Positions 11,471-23,529 of a stretch of DNA of 64,000 nucleotides are shown here, one piece after another. The number at the start of each line of letters is the position of its first letter. Within the stretch, counting starts at the first letter, position 1. The stretch covers positions 20,445,028 to 20,509,027 of the forward strand of contig CM082576.2 in NCBI GenBank assembly GCA_040954595.2. Reading direction: 5' to 3'. Origin of the DNA: Balanoglossus misakiensis (lineage: Eukaryota; Animalia; Hemichordata). The notes beneath the pieces are model-generated. The model saw only the letters and a program-made list of their open reading frames with translations, was not told where the DNA came from and ran no database searches. The position numbers and the translations under genes were made by a program.

Positions 11471-12334
11471 TCAACTCAGTGCGAAATCTTGCGAGACCCG
11501 GTTAGCCATGTGAGATCTCGCAGAGTCTTATGATATTCAGAAAATGGTTGATTAGAAATGACGTTTAATGTCCTCCAAAGAATTTTCTACATGCCCGTAT
11601 ACTTGTCTCAGAATTATGAAGTGAATCATCTCAAGTAATTTGTTATTTTAAATGACACTGTATCACAAATACTTCACTAAAAACCTCATTTTCTTTAATC
11701 AGATGAAATAAGTGAGGAGCCTGCACGCACATCCCGTCTTCTGTGCCCTGCTGGACAATCGTGTTCAGATCCAATGTAAGATCCGCTTGACTGTGGCAAT
11801 GGTGAATATGCTATGGAAGGCGACGGCACATGCACGCCTTGTCCAGCAGGATCCAAGTGTCCAACCATGTCACCCGTAGTTGATTGTTCAACAGTTACTG
11901 GTAAGTTGGGCTGCAAATTACTCTTATGACTTCCCTGTGTTATAGCATGACATACACAGAAAATTAAACTGTTATGCTCATTGGAGTTGATATTGTGATG
12001 CACTTTGAAAAACACAATGATTCCACTGAAGAGGTATTGTACAGTAACACCTGTGATTACGGACATCTCTCTAATAAGGGATCGTTGGACCAAACCAATC
12101 GTTCTTTGAATTTTTTCTGTGATAGGTTCATACTCGCTAGGTTCGGCCAAGTCCTTCTGGTTATGAATGCACAACTACAAATGTCACACAGTGCGCTACA
12201 GGGAAGTAAAGTGTTGAAGGAGGTAAGTCTTGAAATCTCTTTTCTTCTGGTCTCGATTTGAACATGGTTCCACAAGTTGTTTACATCACTTGTAGTTTTA
12301 CATATTTTTTTAGTTCAACAGCTATGCTATACAT

Positions 12335-12975
12335 GGTGTCCTGAGAAGTCGACCAGTATGAGAAGTCGGTATCGGCCAGTACGAGAAGTCGGCCTGTGGG
12401 AGAGAACCCTGGTACTTTGTGTTATATATAACTGTTTCACTACGAAATGTTTCCTTGATGTACAGGAGCTGAGATATTTGTACAAATAGCCGATGAATTT
12501 TAAAACTGTCTGTTCACTTTTCATGTACGTCACCGGGGTACGTCAACATCAGTCACCTGCACTTCTTGAGCTGCGCCAGTAGTCTGTTCCTTGTCACGTT
12601 TGTTTGTTTGGTGTTGTCTCAGAAAGTATGAATATACACATACATCTTCTATGTATTTTAGTAGGCTTTGAAACAACTCCCTTTAATCAGAAATGTCACA
12701 GGAATTTGGCGAACAACCTAAGCTCCTTACGCGGATACGGGGATGGGGAACTGGTACGGATGCCAGACGCCATTATTTGAAATGACGCCATTGTGTTGTC
12801 AAGAATTTGGGAAATCCGTCCAAATGAAAATATTTAGTGCAATTATATTTTATTAAGTGTTGTTATAAGTAATCTGGGTCATCACTGCACTATTCGGGTA
12901 CAAGTTCAACAACTGGCCGACTTCTCATACGCGCGTAGTGGCTGACTTCTAATCTGGCCGACTTCTCATGTATTC
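12335..12975. mobile_element. Non-autonomous DNA transposon with inverted subterminal motif arrays
   Basis: gagaagtcg x3 at left, (ggcc)gacttct x3 at right; TSD ctatacat at 12327-12334 and 12976-12983. Also at 32911-33518 and 47775-48423. Confidence 0.7.
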
Positions 12976-14189
12976 CTATACATTAGTGAAAATTGGGGAA
13001 ACTGGTGTTTTCAGACAACTTATGAAGTCCCTTTCGCAATATTAACTCTAAAACAGCGGGTGATATTCCTTTTAAAATTTAACCAAATAAGCATACTTGA
13101 ACTCTGTCATATCGGCAAAACACTCACTACACAAGCTGCTGTTATTCTACAGACATGACATGTGCTGATTGCGGCGTAGGTAACTACTGTCCAGATGGGT
13201 CAGACAGCCCCATTCCTTGTCCATCAGGTTATTATGCTGACACAGCCACAGAAGTATCCTGTACCCCTTGCGATCCAGGCTGTCAGTGTGCAGCAACATC
13301 ACCCACTTGCCTGCACATCAAGAACCTACTCTCTGGGACCATCAACAACATGTACTCCCCTTCTACCAGGTTTGTAGTCGTCTTAGTCGTAAAAACATAT
13401 TTAAGGTGTTGGGCACCTCGAAATAAAGGGTCGTCTGATCATGTTAAAATTAATACTGATGATACTATGACTTCTAAACATTTAATCTATGGAATAAAAA
13501 TTGGGGGTCAACCATCTAGAGTTTTGAAAAAGCGCCCTTTATCTAGCACCTCTTTCAGATTTTGCCAGGCTCGTAGATTTTTGTAAAATGGCCTCAAAAA
13601 TAAGAATTTTGGAAGGTTTGTCATATTTTTTCACCATTGTAGAATCTAAATGTTCTGAATTATTTTATTTTTAGCAATTTTGAGATTGCTTCATGTTCAG
13701 TATGATAATCGCATGTCAATACAACTGTTACATTAAAGGAAAAGTTCAAATCCGCCTAAAACCACATTGCATTGGTACCTAGTTAAGTTGTCCTCACTTC
13801 TGACGCAAAATTTTGATGTGCAATGCACGTGTCTGTGAAATTGACGAATAAAAAAATTGTATACCAGTGCAAAATTAAAAACTCCCTGTGCAGCCTTCTT
13901 GGCAACTGCATGCTGGGAAAAGTACTCGGATGATGACGAAAAAGTTTCGGGGTTCCGGGTAGTGCTACCCCGGAATACAATGTTGGGTGCAGACTCCAAC
14001 TATGGAAAAGAGATGCAGAATGTCATGTGATATAGTAGTGAAAACAAATACACGCTGGTTCACATATTTCAGCTCTCAGCAATCAGGGTGCATTAAAAGG
14101 CCTTGATTGGTGTGATATTCACAATTGATGATTATAAATACTTACAGTTGTATACTGTTTTATTTTGTAAATATTGTGTACATTTGCGG

Positions 14190-14319
14190 CAATGAATCCG
14201 TGCGAACACAAACCTTAACCCATGCTGGAATGCTGGTACTTGCCAAGCAATCCAGGAATCTTGTACAGGCGTCACATGTCTATGTGCTGGCTGCTACCTG
14301 GGCTTCACATGTGAAACAC
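14190..14319 (+). pseudogene. EGF-like exon E11 (frameshift; acceptor AG->GG in copy A only)
   Basis: MNPCE / NPCWNAGTCQAIQESCTGVTCLCAGCYLGFTCET|gtgagt. Confidence 0.82.
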
Positions 14320-14549
14320 GTGAGTACAGTACTTTGTCATTTATTAAAAAATCTAAGTGCTGAGGTACATTGTAGTAATAATAGCAGGTGTAGTCATTAT
14401 CATCATCATCATCATCTTTAAGTCAGTCATATGATCGGTAATAAAAACAGTAAAATCACCAGTATAAAAACATAACAGAGAAATAATGAACGTGTACTTG
14501 TGTTACCATAGGTAACTGTTGTATAAAATTTTGAATTCCTGTCTTCCAG

Positions 14550-14672
14550 TTCCTAATCCATGCTTCACTAGTCCTTGTCTCAATGGAGGTACCTGCCAAC
14601 AACAGGCAAATTCTTGTACTGCCACCATTGGCATGTGCACAGAGTGTTACTAGGGAAACAGGTGTGAGACAA
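14550..14672 (+). pseudogene. EGF-like exon E12 (TAG stop)
   Basis: cag|TT...A|gtaagt; PNPCFTSPCLNGGTCQQQANSCTATIGMCTECY*GNRCET. Confidence 0.87.
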
Positions 14673-14768
14673 GTAAGTTTGAATCTATAGCAGTTAATAA
14701 TGATAATTATCATTTTTTTTTATTATGATTTAAACTTCACTGATGTTGTACAAACACAAAAATAGAAA

Positions 14769-15204
14769 TAATAATAATAATAATAATAATTTATTTGTAT
14801 AGCGTCAGTATCCACAAAAAATGTGATCAATGACGCTTAAAGCAAAAGTACAATACAACAAATGGCTAAAAAACAGATTTAAAAAGTAAAGTTTTAACAT
14901 TTGATTTAAAAACAGATAAGTCTGGTGCCTGGCGAATGGTGAGTGGAAGATTATTCCAAAGAATTGGAGCAGCAACAGTAAAAGCACGATCACCATAACT
15001 CTTGGTGCGTGATCGAACAGGGCAGAGTTTGAACTGATCAGCTGACCTCAAATTGCGACACGGAACATATAGATTAGTCATGCTAGAAAGATAGATTGGA
15101 CCAAGTTTATGAATGGATTTAAAAATGAGAACTAACATCTTAAAAACAATACGCTCTGTAACAGGTAGCCAGTGCAACTGATACAAAATTGGAGTGATGT
15201 GACA
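14769..15204 (-). mobile_element. 5'-truncated L2/CR1-clade LINE 3' fragment
   Basis: HITPILYQLHWLPV..RIVFK..RNLRS..YGDRAFTVAAPILWNNLP..FKSNVKTLLF (typical ORF2 C-terminus), short 3'UTR and (ATT)n tail. Confidence 0.88.
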
Positions 15205-16244
15205 GGTGATTTTTGAACGAGTAACAATTAGAAAGGGACAGCAGCTTAGCTCTATTCCTTTTCCAAAGTGTTTGTTCTTTTAAACTACCTGTTTTTTATT
15301 TATTCTGATTATGCTAATATGCTAATTTGTCGGTTTGTCACATCACAATTTTTGTAGGAAACTCACCCCTGGGAATTTTTTTCAGCCACTGACATACATT
15401 CATAATCACATGACATTGATGATCATGAAAAATTTGACCCTTTTCCTTGTAGGACTCAACCAGTGTCCACCAAATCCGTGCCAGAATGGTGGCTTCTGTC
15501 AACCGGCTCGAAATTCCTGCTTTGATCTCACCTGCATATGTACTGGTTGCTACAAAGGTGATAGGTGTGAGATATGTAAGTATACAGCGCAGTCTCTTTT
15601 ACCTTTTGTCTCTGATGCATTCAAATACTGCATGTTTCCTGAGCATAGGTGTAGCCATCACCACAGCAGAGCTTGGAGCGTTCTTGACATCGAATGCAAG
15701 ATTACACTCTTCCCAATCAAAATCACTTTCGTAGCGCATAATGTCTTGATTGTCTTAGTTCAAGAAACATTATGCGCGACTGGCCAATTTTACAGCCTTT
15801 TGTCAACGCACATCCACTATGGAAATTCTCACTCCAGGCCAGATAGTGTAAATTTACATATGAGTCTACAGGTATGCTTGAAGTCAAGTCAAGCATTTGC
15901 AAGGAACCCTCCTCCAGTACACAGGTCTTTGATTTCATGAAGGGAAGCCCTTGCCTCACAGTCACTGCCACATGATCTATGGAGGTGTGAACAACTTGAT
16001 ACCAGCCTAATATAAGTTGTAGGCACAATCACTCCACACACCCTTGCCATAATTCTGCAAGGTTTTTGCCATATCTGTACTGTAGAATGAGTAGCAAGGA
16101 ATAAAATGGCGTCCTTTCTTAATTTCCAGTGCAAAACCCCTGTGATCCCAACCCATGTATGAATGGTGGATTTTGCCAGCAAACATCGTGCAATTTCTAT
16201 TCATGCCAGTGTGTGAACTCTTACACAGGTGACATCTGTCAAAC

Positions 16245-17362
16245 CATAGACCCTAGAGAAAGAAGGACGAGCAACTGCGGCAAAGATCAAAGGGTTTGGG
16301 GATTATCTGTATGATGATGTTCTTTTGCATATAATTAACACCCAGGACAGTTGGACAATGACTTCCTTACTTCGGCACGTGTCGACCCCACCAGTGATGC
16401 GAAAACTTGCCACCAAACTGACACTCCTGCATTTCAGCAGCCACTGCGTTTTTTTCTAAAATTCTAAAAGTATTACGATGTCTGTGCTAATTATTATGGT
16501 CGTCTGTCGGATGAACGGTCATTTCTAGTGCCACAAGCTTCATTTAAAAATTGTAAACAAATCATCCATGCCAAATTCCTGTTTAACTTGTGCAGATGTG
16601 TTCCATAAATGATTGCTGCGTTCAACCACGTTGCAGTTTTCTCGTCTTCTGCGAGATGTTCTAAGGTGTTTGTGATAACTTCACGCAAAACGCGAGACTT
16701 TGCGTTAGTTTATACACAGTTTATTTGCAAATTGGATTATTGGGATTTACCTGGAAATAATGTATGCAAAAGAACATCATTTCAAGAAAAAACTGGAGTT
16801 GCGCGTCCTTCTTGCATGTCCGACTGGGCACTCATATTTCTTGGTAACGCTGACACTTTTCGTAATAATTTTATGTTTGCGTGAAGCATTGAAACAAAAA
16901 TTGTGGTTTAGGGGCATTTTATTTCGCAGTGCGTGAACAATAAAACAGATTTCACGAAAACAATTTATAAACAAACTGGCTGGATTTTCATGTGTGCGCT
17001 ATTGCCGCCAGGCAACCCTCGGTACGGTTAGCTCACAGCCTTGTGAAATACCCGGACTGTTAGACAAAAGATGCTTGTTTTGGACGCTGTCAGACTCAGA
17101 GGTGCCAAATTCCTGTTTAACTTGTGCAGATGTGTTCCATAAATGATTGCTGCGTTCAACCACGTTGCAGTTTTCTCGTCTTCTGCGAGATGTTCTAAGG
17201 TGTTTGTGATAACTTCACGCAAAACGCGAGACTTTGCGTTAGTTTATACACAGTTTATTTGCAAATTGGATTATTGGGATTTACCTGGAAATAATGTATG
17301 CAAAAGAACATCATTTCAAGAAAAAACTGGAGTTGCGCGTCCTTCTTTCTCTAGGGTCCATG
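16245..17362. mobile_element. P-like non-autonomous element, copy B (1118 bp)
   Basis: Same TIRs and GTCAAAC TSD; one 534-bp unit fewer than copy A. Confidence 0.8.
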
Positions 17363-20300
17363 GTCAAACAAGTGAGTATATACTTTCAAGACACCCTGCA
17401 AACAAACAAGCAATCTTTATTCCGTAGATCTTTAAGCATATTTATGCATTGTATATTTTGATGTGAAACTTCAAATTTTATTGGTCTTGTTGCCAAACTT
17501 CTGAAGAAATGAGGATATTGTTTTGAAGGGTATTTTATCAGTAGATAACAAATACCATGGCCCTCCATGCAAATACCCACATGGTAAATTAAAACTGTTA
17601 CAGGTGTATTTGATTTAAGCAATAAAACACCCCCAGCCATGGTATACCACGAGATTTTGACCAGTTCACGACATATACCCACGAGCGATAGCGAGTGCGT
17701 ATATGGAGTTGAACTGGTCAAAATTGAGTGGTATACCATGGCTGGGGGTGTTTTATTGCTATTATATTATGCCAGTATATTGAAACTTTGCATAAAACAT
17801 TTTAAAAAGGCATTTTCTTTGACTATGATATATGACTGTGGTATATGGCTAATATATCACGGTCACGTGTCGTGTCTCGACCAATCAAATAGCGTGATTT
17901 ACACCATCAATATACTGGTATAATATAATTCCACATATGGATTACATGTGGGATAATATTGGGTGCTGGCAGTTTCAGTAAATGAACTGCTCTTAAAAGT
18001 TGGGTGTCAGGGCACCCTTGACTTCTTATTGTTCAGTTATACATTTAGGAGGCTCAGTTATAGGAGAACCCGATAGAACCACAGCTGTAGGAATTAGGGA
18101 AATGGTCATACCCTAAAAAACTTATGTCACTACTATTTTTTTTTCATGCCATTGAAACAGAACAAACTCCATGTAGGCCAAGTCCATGCCTGAACAATGG
18201 GCGGTGTACTCAGCTGTCTTGTACAACTTATGAGTGTACTTGTCCAGGATGTTTCACCGGCACACACTGCAGCCAGTGTAAAACTCATTAAAACAAACAT
18301 TTGTCATGCAGGAACTAACATTTACAATCATGTCTCAATACATTGTCTGTTGGTCATACTTTATATTTTCATCTTCAGCATCACACCTTGGTCCTTGGGA
18401 ATCGGTCACCTCAAAAATGATGTACAGCTGAAAGAAAACATGTTTATTTGAAGAAAAAACTGTTGATCGTTCATGAAAATTTTCCCTACACAAGATACAT
18501 ATACTGAGATTTTCATAGCCCCATAAGTGCGTCCCAGAATGAGCAAGTTGTTTTTGGAAGTGAAGTTCCGTTCAGTATTTACAGTAATGGTAATGATGAT
18601 GTTTTCATCAAACAGATTTTGAAAGTAAATATTGCTGAGATAACATTAGGTTGCACTTTTTATTGCAGTCCAAGATCCAGGCCAGCGAAACAGCTGTCTC
18701 AACGGGGCTGTATGTAATGCAGTGGCCAACTCCTGCACGGCATATACCTGTGCCTGTACTGGTTGCTATGAGGGTAACCGTTGTGAAATATGTAAGTTTC
18801 TGACGTACCGTAAATGACAATCTTTTGGGCACTTTCTCTTCATGGCAATTGAATTGTGTGGTAACTTCTCATTTCTAAAATTTCCCCAAGAGAAAAGAAA
18901 GGAAAAGGAAACAGAAATTTCATTTGTATGTCCGTGCAATTTAGGATAGGCACGAACTTGTGAGGAAGTGTACGAAGTTGGATGTTTTCATCACTCAAAT
19001 ATACAAGAGTTGCCTCTTGAAGACTAGTGTCTGTAGAGATAATTGTGCATGTGAGGTAATCTCTCCTAAGGTGGTGCACACCTCTTAGTATTAAGTAAAA
19101 GAGACGTCCTTAATTATCCTTACTATTTGGCTTGAAAAATCAATCTTACTAGGTGTTCTGATTAGAGAGGTGTCCATAAAGACAGGTTTTACTGTATTAC
19201 CCAAAATAGAGACATTGTCCCTTCATCATATACTTAATGCGTGTTCTGGGTATGGTTCCAGTATAATGCTTGTGTCAAAGGATTTTGTTGTGGTGCAGGA
19301 ATCATCTTTGGTTGAGGTGTAGCCATCTGCATTTCATGTGTTTTAAACTATTTTTTTTTCTGATTGTCATTAACCCATGTGATCAGAATCCGTGTCAAAA
19401 TGGAGGCTATTGTTCCAAAACACCAAATTCTTATACTGACTACACCTGTTACTGCCAGTAGTGTTGGACTGGGGCCATCTGTGCCGTAGGTGTGTCGAAT
19501 TACTGTTTTATGACACAGCGTGGTATATAAACCCTCATTTTTGGTATTCTCAATGTGATAGATGGACCCATACACCAATAAATGGGGTGGAAGCATTACT
19601 AAGTTTCATCCTTTCAAAATTTGCTGATGTAGGGTCAAAATTGAGTGTGAGGTGCATGTTAAAAAGGAAAGCCTTCTGTATCATGTTGATGGCACATTTT
19701 TTTAATTTTTCAAGATTCTTACAGAAAAATCCTAGCAATAGCATCATTATGTTATTTTAAATGTAAAGGTTTGAAACAAGGAATGAAGACATTGCTCACA
19801 TATTTAAACGAAATGAACATCACAAGTACATGTACAAGTTTTTGACAAGCAGGTAATTGATACTTTCCTTTTTGTTTTGGCAGCCATTGATCAGTTATAC
19901 CCTATGCCTTGTCAAAATGGTGGCACATGCGTTGCGTGAGACGGCTGTTTCCTGTTTGACTGTATGTGTACCGAATGCTTCACTGGTGCCACATGTACAA
20001 TGCGTAAGTACTAACCAATATTATTTTATTCAATGCAAAACACTTGTTATATATTATATAATATAAGTACGGTACACATATTAAAGCCCTGGTAACTCAA
20101 ACTTTGGGCTAGCTTAATGTTATCACTATTTTTGTTTTCGGTTGCAACTGTGGTTTCTTGTCACACTCTAAAGGATTTCACAGCATTTGGTTTTTCAAAA
20201 CAGCCCTTTGGTTGTTGTCATGTATACATGTACATGACTGTGGAGTGTAGTTTGTAGATTCTGTAATTTTGACAATATCTTGACTGCACATCCCACAGCT

Positions 20301-23128
20301 GTCAATCAGTGTCAACCCATCCAGTGTCGGAATGGTGGAAACTGTGTGCTGACGCCCAATTGGTGTACTGAATTCACATGCTCCTGTACAAGCTGTTACT
20401 CCGGCGATTTATGTCAGACATGTGAGTGATTTTAAATTTCAGATGAAGAGGAACATAATAACATAACACATAATCGGCTTGCAGTTGGTTTCTTCCAACC
20501 TGTATCAAACAGTGAATAACGACACAATTTTGGGGAAATTTATTAAGAATGTGTGTGCCATAAAAGGGGATTGTGTATTTGACCAAATAACAACCTGCAC
20601 CGTATGGTACACTAAGACACTATTACACCTGTGTCAAAATTTCATTACGTTTCTTTTGTTGAACATGGAAGAAATTTGTCACAGTGATGTTCTGTTGACC
20701 AACTGAGATTTTTACCACTCAACCCTGACTGCACAAATCTGTTTAAAGTATATGTAGTAAATATTAACTGTACACAATTTATATCACTTTCTCTTCTGTG
20801 CACAGATTTGAATCCGTGTCAGCCCAACCCTTGTCTAAACAGTGGATTCTGCCAGCAAGTGTCCTGCACCGAGTTCAGATGCCAGAGTCCACGCTGTTTC
20901 ATCGGAACCACGTGCGCTGAACGTAAGCAAACCAGTGTCAGATTTCCCGCACAAAGTAGAAATCGCTGGGCTTTGTCATTGATATTGTCTCAATAAAGTT
21001 GCCTGTGATTGTGCAGCTAACCAAGAGACTTATATGCACTACGGTAGCCATGATGAATACTTTCATTGACTCAAATGCTCATCAGTGTAGATGTTGCTAT
21101 TTTTCCAACCGTAAATTGAAACATCAGAAAGTTATGACATCAACTACCCCCACCCCCACCCCACCCACCCCCAACTAGTAAATATTATAAGATTCAGTAA
21201 TTATGGTAAAGATGGTAGCACCAAGCTTGGATCAAGTGGTCTTCATTATCCTTCACACATGAACATGATCACACGGATGTGCAATCTTCTGACAGTCTGC
21301 TACAGATTTCACTTCCCACTCAAGTGTGTAAGACCCTAATGTGATACTTTTCATTTCTCTCACCCTTAGTGATCAACCAGTGTCTTCTAAACCCATGTCT
21401 GAATAACGGAGTGTATCAGCCACTTCAAGGCTCCTGCTCAATCTACACCTGCAACTGTCCAACCTGCTACACTGGGCAAACATGTGTTACATGTAAGTCA
21501 CAAGTTTTTAGGTCCCATTGGTATGTACCATAGGAACTTATGGGATTGGTTACATCTGTATGTATGGATGGATGGATGGATGTATGTCTGTATGTCCGTC
21601 CACATGAAAAACTTGAAAACCGCAGCGCGTATGACCTCGATATTTGGCGTGTAGATGCAGGCAGGGCTGTAGATGGGAGTTTGTTCAAATGAAGATGTCA
21701 TTGCCAAAAATATGCAAATTAGCTGGGAAAATGTGAAATTGGTCAAAACTCAAAAACTGGACAACCACTGGTCATATTGATTTGAAAAATGGTATGCATG
21801 TACCTTATATCAACCTCATACAACCCTGTATGTTTTGAGCTAATATTATCGATTTCCTATTTTTTTTGCATTTTTTTGTATTTTTCCATGTTATTGGTAA
21901 AAGTCTTTGAAATTTAGTATGAAGCCTCCTAATGTTGTCTAAGTAACCATAGTTTTGTTCAAATTGTTTCAAAATTTGCATATCTATAATTTTGAGCATT
22001 ATTTGCCATTTTTGGTCAAAAAATGTTTTTCTTTAAAACCTCATGCCAGATTGCTTTGCAATTTGGTAGGCATGTTCGTAGGGGTAACCTAAATAATATG
22101 TTGTAAAAAATGTGATATTTGCATAAATGTGTTATCGGGGAAACTTTTGCAATTTTTGTCAAAAATTGTTTTCACTGAAACCGCTTGTCCTATTGCATTG
22201 AACTTAGGCAGCATGTTCCTTGTAGTGATTGAAGTAAGATATTGTACAATTTTGGTGATATTTGCATATTTGTGTTTTTGCCACTTTTGAACAAATATTT
22301 TCTGTGAAACTGCTTGTTGGATTGCTTTGAAATTAGTTTTTTCTCTGATTGCTTTGAAATTTAGGATATAATTTCATAACACATACCTGTATATGTGCAA
22401 CTTTTATTCAATTCTGAGATCAGAAAGATTAAATATTTAGCGAGTTTTTTTGGTAAGTTTCTTTGTTTTTGGTTAGCAAATCTTCTCCTAAACAAATTGT
22501 CCAGTTGTTTTTAAAGTTACTATTTACAAGGAGTTGTTACCTCGAACAAAGACATGTTTACATAACTTAAATAGGCCAGCTGTTACAGAGACCACCAGCT
22601 ATCACATTTTAATTACCAGTGGCAGGTCAGTGTGTGTCTGTTCCAGGGCTGACTGAAAGAAGTTGCTTCGCATATGTGTTTGTGTACAGACAATTTTTGG
22701 TCAATTTTTTTTTCTAGCACCACTTGTAAGACTGCCATGACACATGACAGTTTATTGGGCATGTTCCTTGTTAATGTTTTTACATTGCATATTTCTATAT
22801 GGTCAGATCATAAGTGCTTGCAAATGTCACCTGTAATTTTTATTCTGCTGTGTCACTGTTTCCGCATAATCCTCAAATGTCATCAGATCTCCGAATGTGA
22901 TGAAAACAGTGTGTTTTGAGTGGGTTTTTTTAATGACCTTTTGGGTTAAAAGTGGCAAAAATGGCAATTTTGTCTTCAAAGGGGTCAATAAGACTGACTT
23001 TTTTGGAATCAGCACCATTTTTTACATTGAATGGACTAGTCTGCTCAAACTTTCCTTACCAAAAATTCTGTTTAATCTTCTGTAACATGTATACCAGTGT
23101 ACATGTAGCTGCCTGATAGTTTGCCCTG

Positions 23129-23348
23129 CGCCAACGTGGACACAACCACTGTGTTATCAGACACCAGCAAAGACTACAGCCAGACACGGAAGGTCGATAA
23201 CAGGATCGGTTTTAATGCAAACGATCTTCACCGCTACTACAACATGGCGGACATACAAAACGAGAGAGAGCATAGGCACATGCAAAGCATTGTGGGTAGG
23301 GAGGTCAAAGGTAACACTGCAAATAACTAACACTGTCAAGTGGTGGCG
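23129..23348 (-). repeat. 3' LTR (220 bp)
   Basis: Identical by eye to 28591-28810; CGCCA/TGGCG terminal IR; minus-strand ATTAAA at 23211-23216 (putative polyA signal). Confidence 0.95.
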
Positions 23349-23354
23349 TAACCA

Positions 23355-23373
23355 CTTTTCTCCCTTTCTCTTT
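23355..23373 (-). promoter_or_regulatory. Polypurine tract
   Basis: Minus strand AAAGAGAAAGGGAGAAAAG, ending 6 nt (TGGTTA) before the 3' LTR. Confidence 0.85.
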
Positions 23374-23529
23374 GAAGAAAAAACTGTGAAAATAGCTGAA
23401 ATTGTTAGGGTACATTGCGGTACCATGGCAAACTCAAAAGGGGTAGAAAACGCAGCAAGCGAACGATAACATTATAACTGTACTAATGACACAAATGTGT
23501 GGCAAAACAGTTCCCAAATACAAAGGGTG

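Larger units (their letters stand above)
10801..13369 (+). pseudogene. Five Cys-rich (ephrin-receptor-like/GCC2_GCC3/TNFR-like repeat) pseudo-exons: 10801-10931, 11186-11319, 11703-11900, 12126-12222, 13153-13369
   Basis: AG/GT-bounded exons encoding CADCPAGNQCP, CTICEQGYAC..CTKGYVS, CPAGQSC..M*..CTPCPAGSKCP, PSGYEC..K*, CADCGVGNYCP..CPSGYY..CTPCDPG. TAA at 11777 and several frameshifts. Domain family is inferred. Confidence 0.8.
1..15078. repeat. ~15-kb tandem unit, copy A (phase arbitrary)
   Basis: Sequence at 1 (catgctagaaag) recurs at 15079, 35627 and 50532, and the ORF track repeats almost identically. Copy A has one extra 534-bp subrepeat and a 340-bp deletion relative to the others. 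Confidence 0.97.

Noticed and set aside
13400-14100. Possible TTAA-flanked (Kolobok/piggyBac-like) relic starting ttaaggtgttgggcacctcg
   Set aside because: No matching opposite terminus found; cannot be delimited from sequence alone.
1-15078. Whole unit as a giant Helitron concatemer with captured exons
   Set aside because: No convincing hairpin+CTRR|TC junction (ctagtc near 8145 lacks a GC-rich hairpin) and no Rep/helicase remnants seen.
23126-23130. 5-bp TSD CTGCG/CTGTG with the LTR starting at 23131
   Set aside because: Needs a mismatch. The CG is present in the internal LTR copy (28591) and completes the CGCCA/TGGCG inverted repeat, so a 3-bp TSD is more parsimonious.
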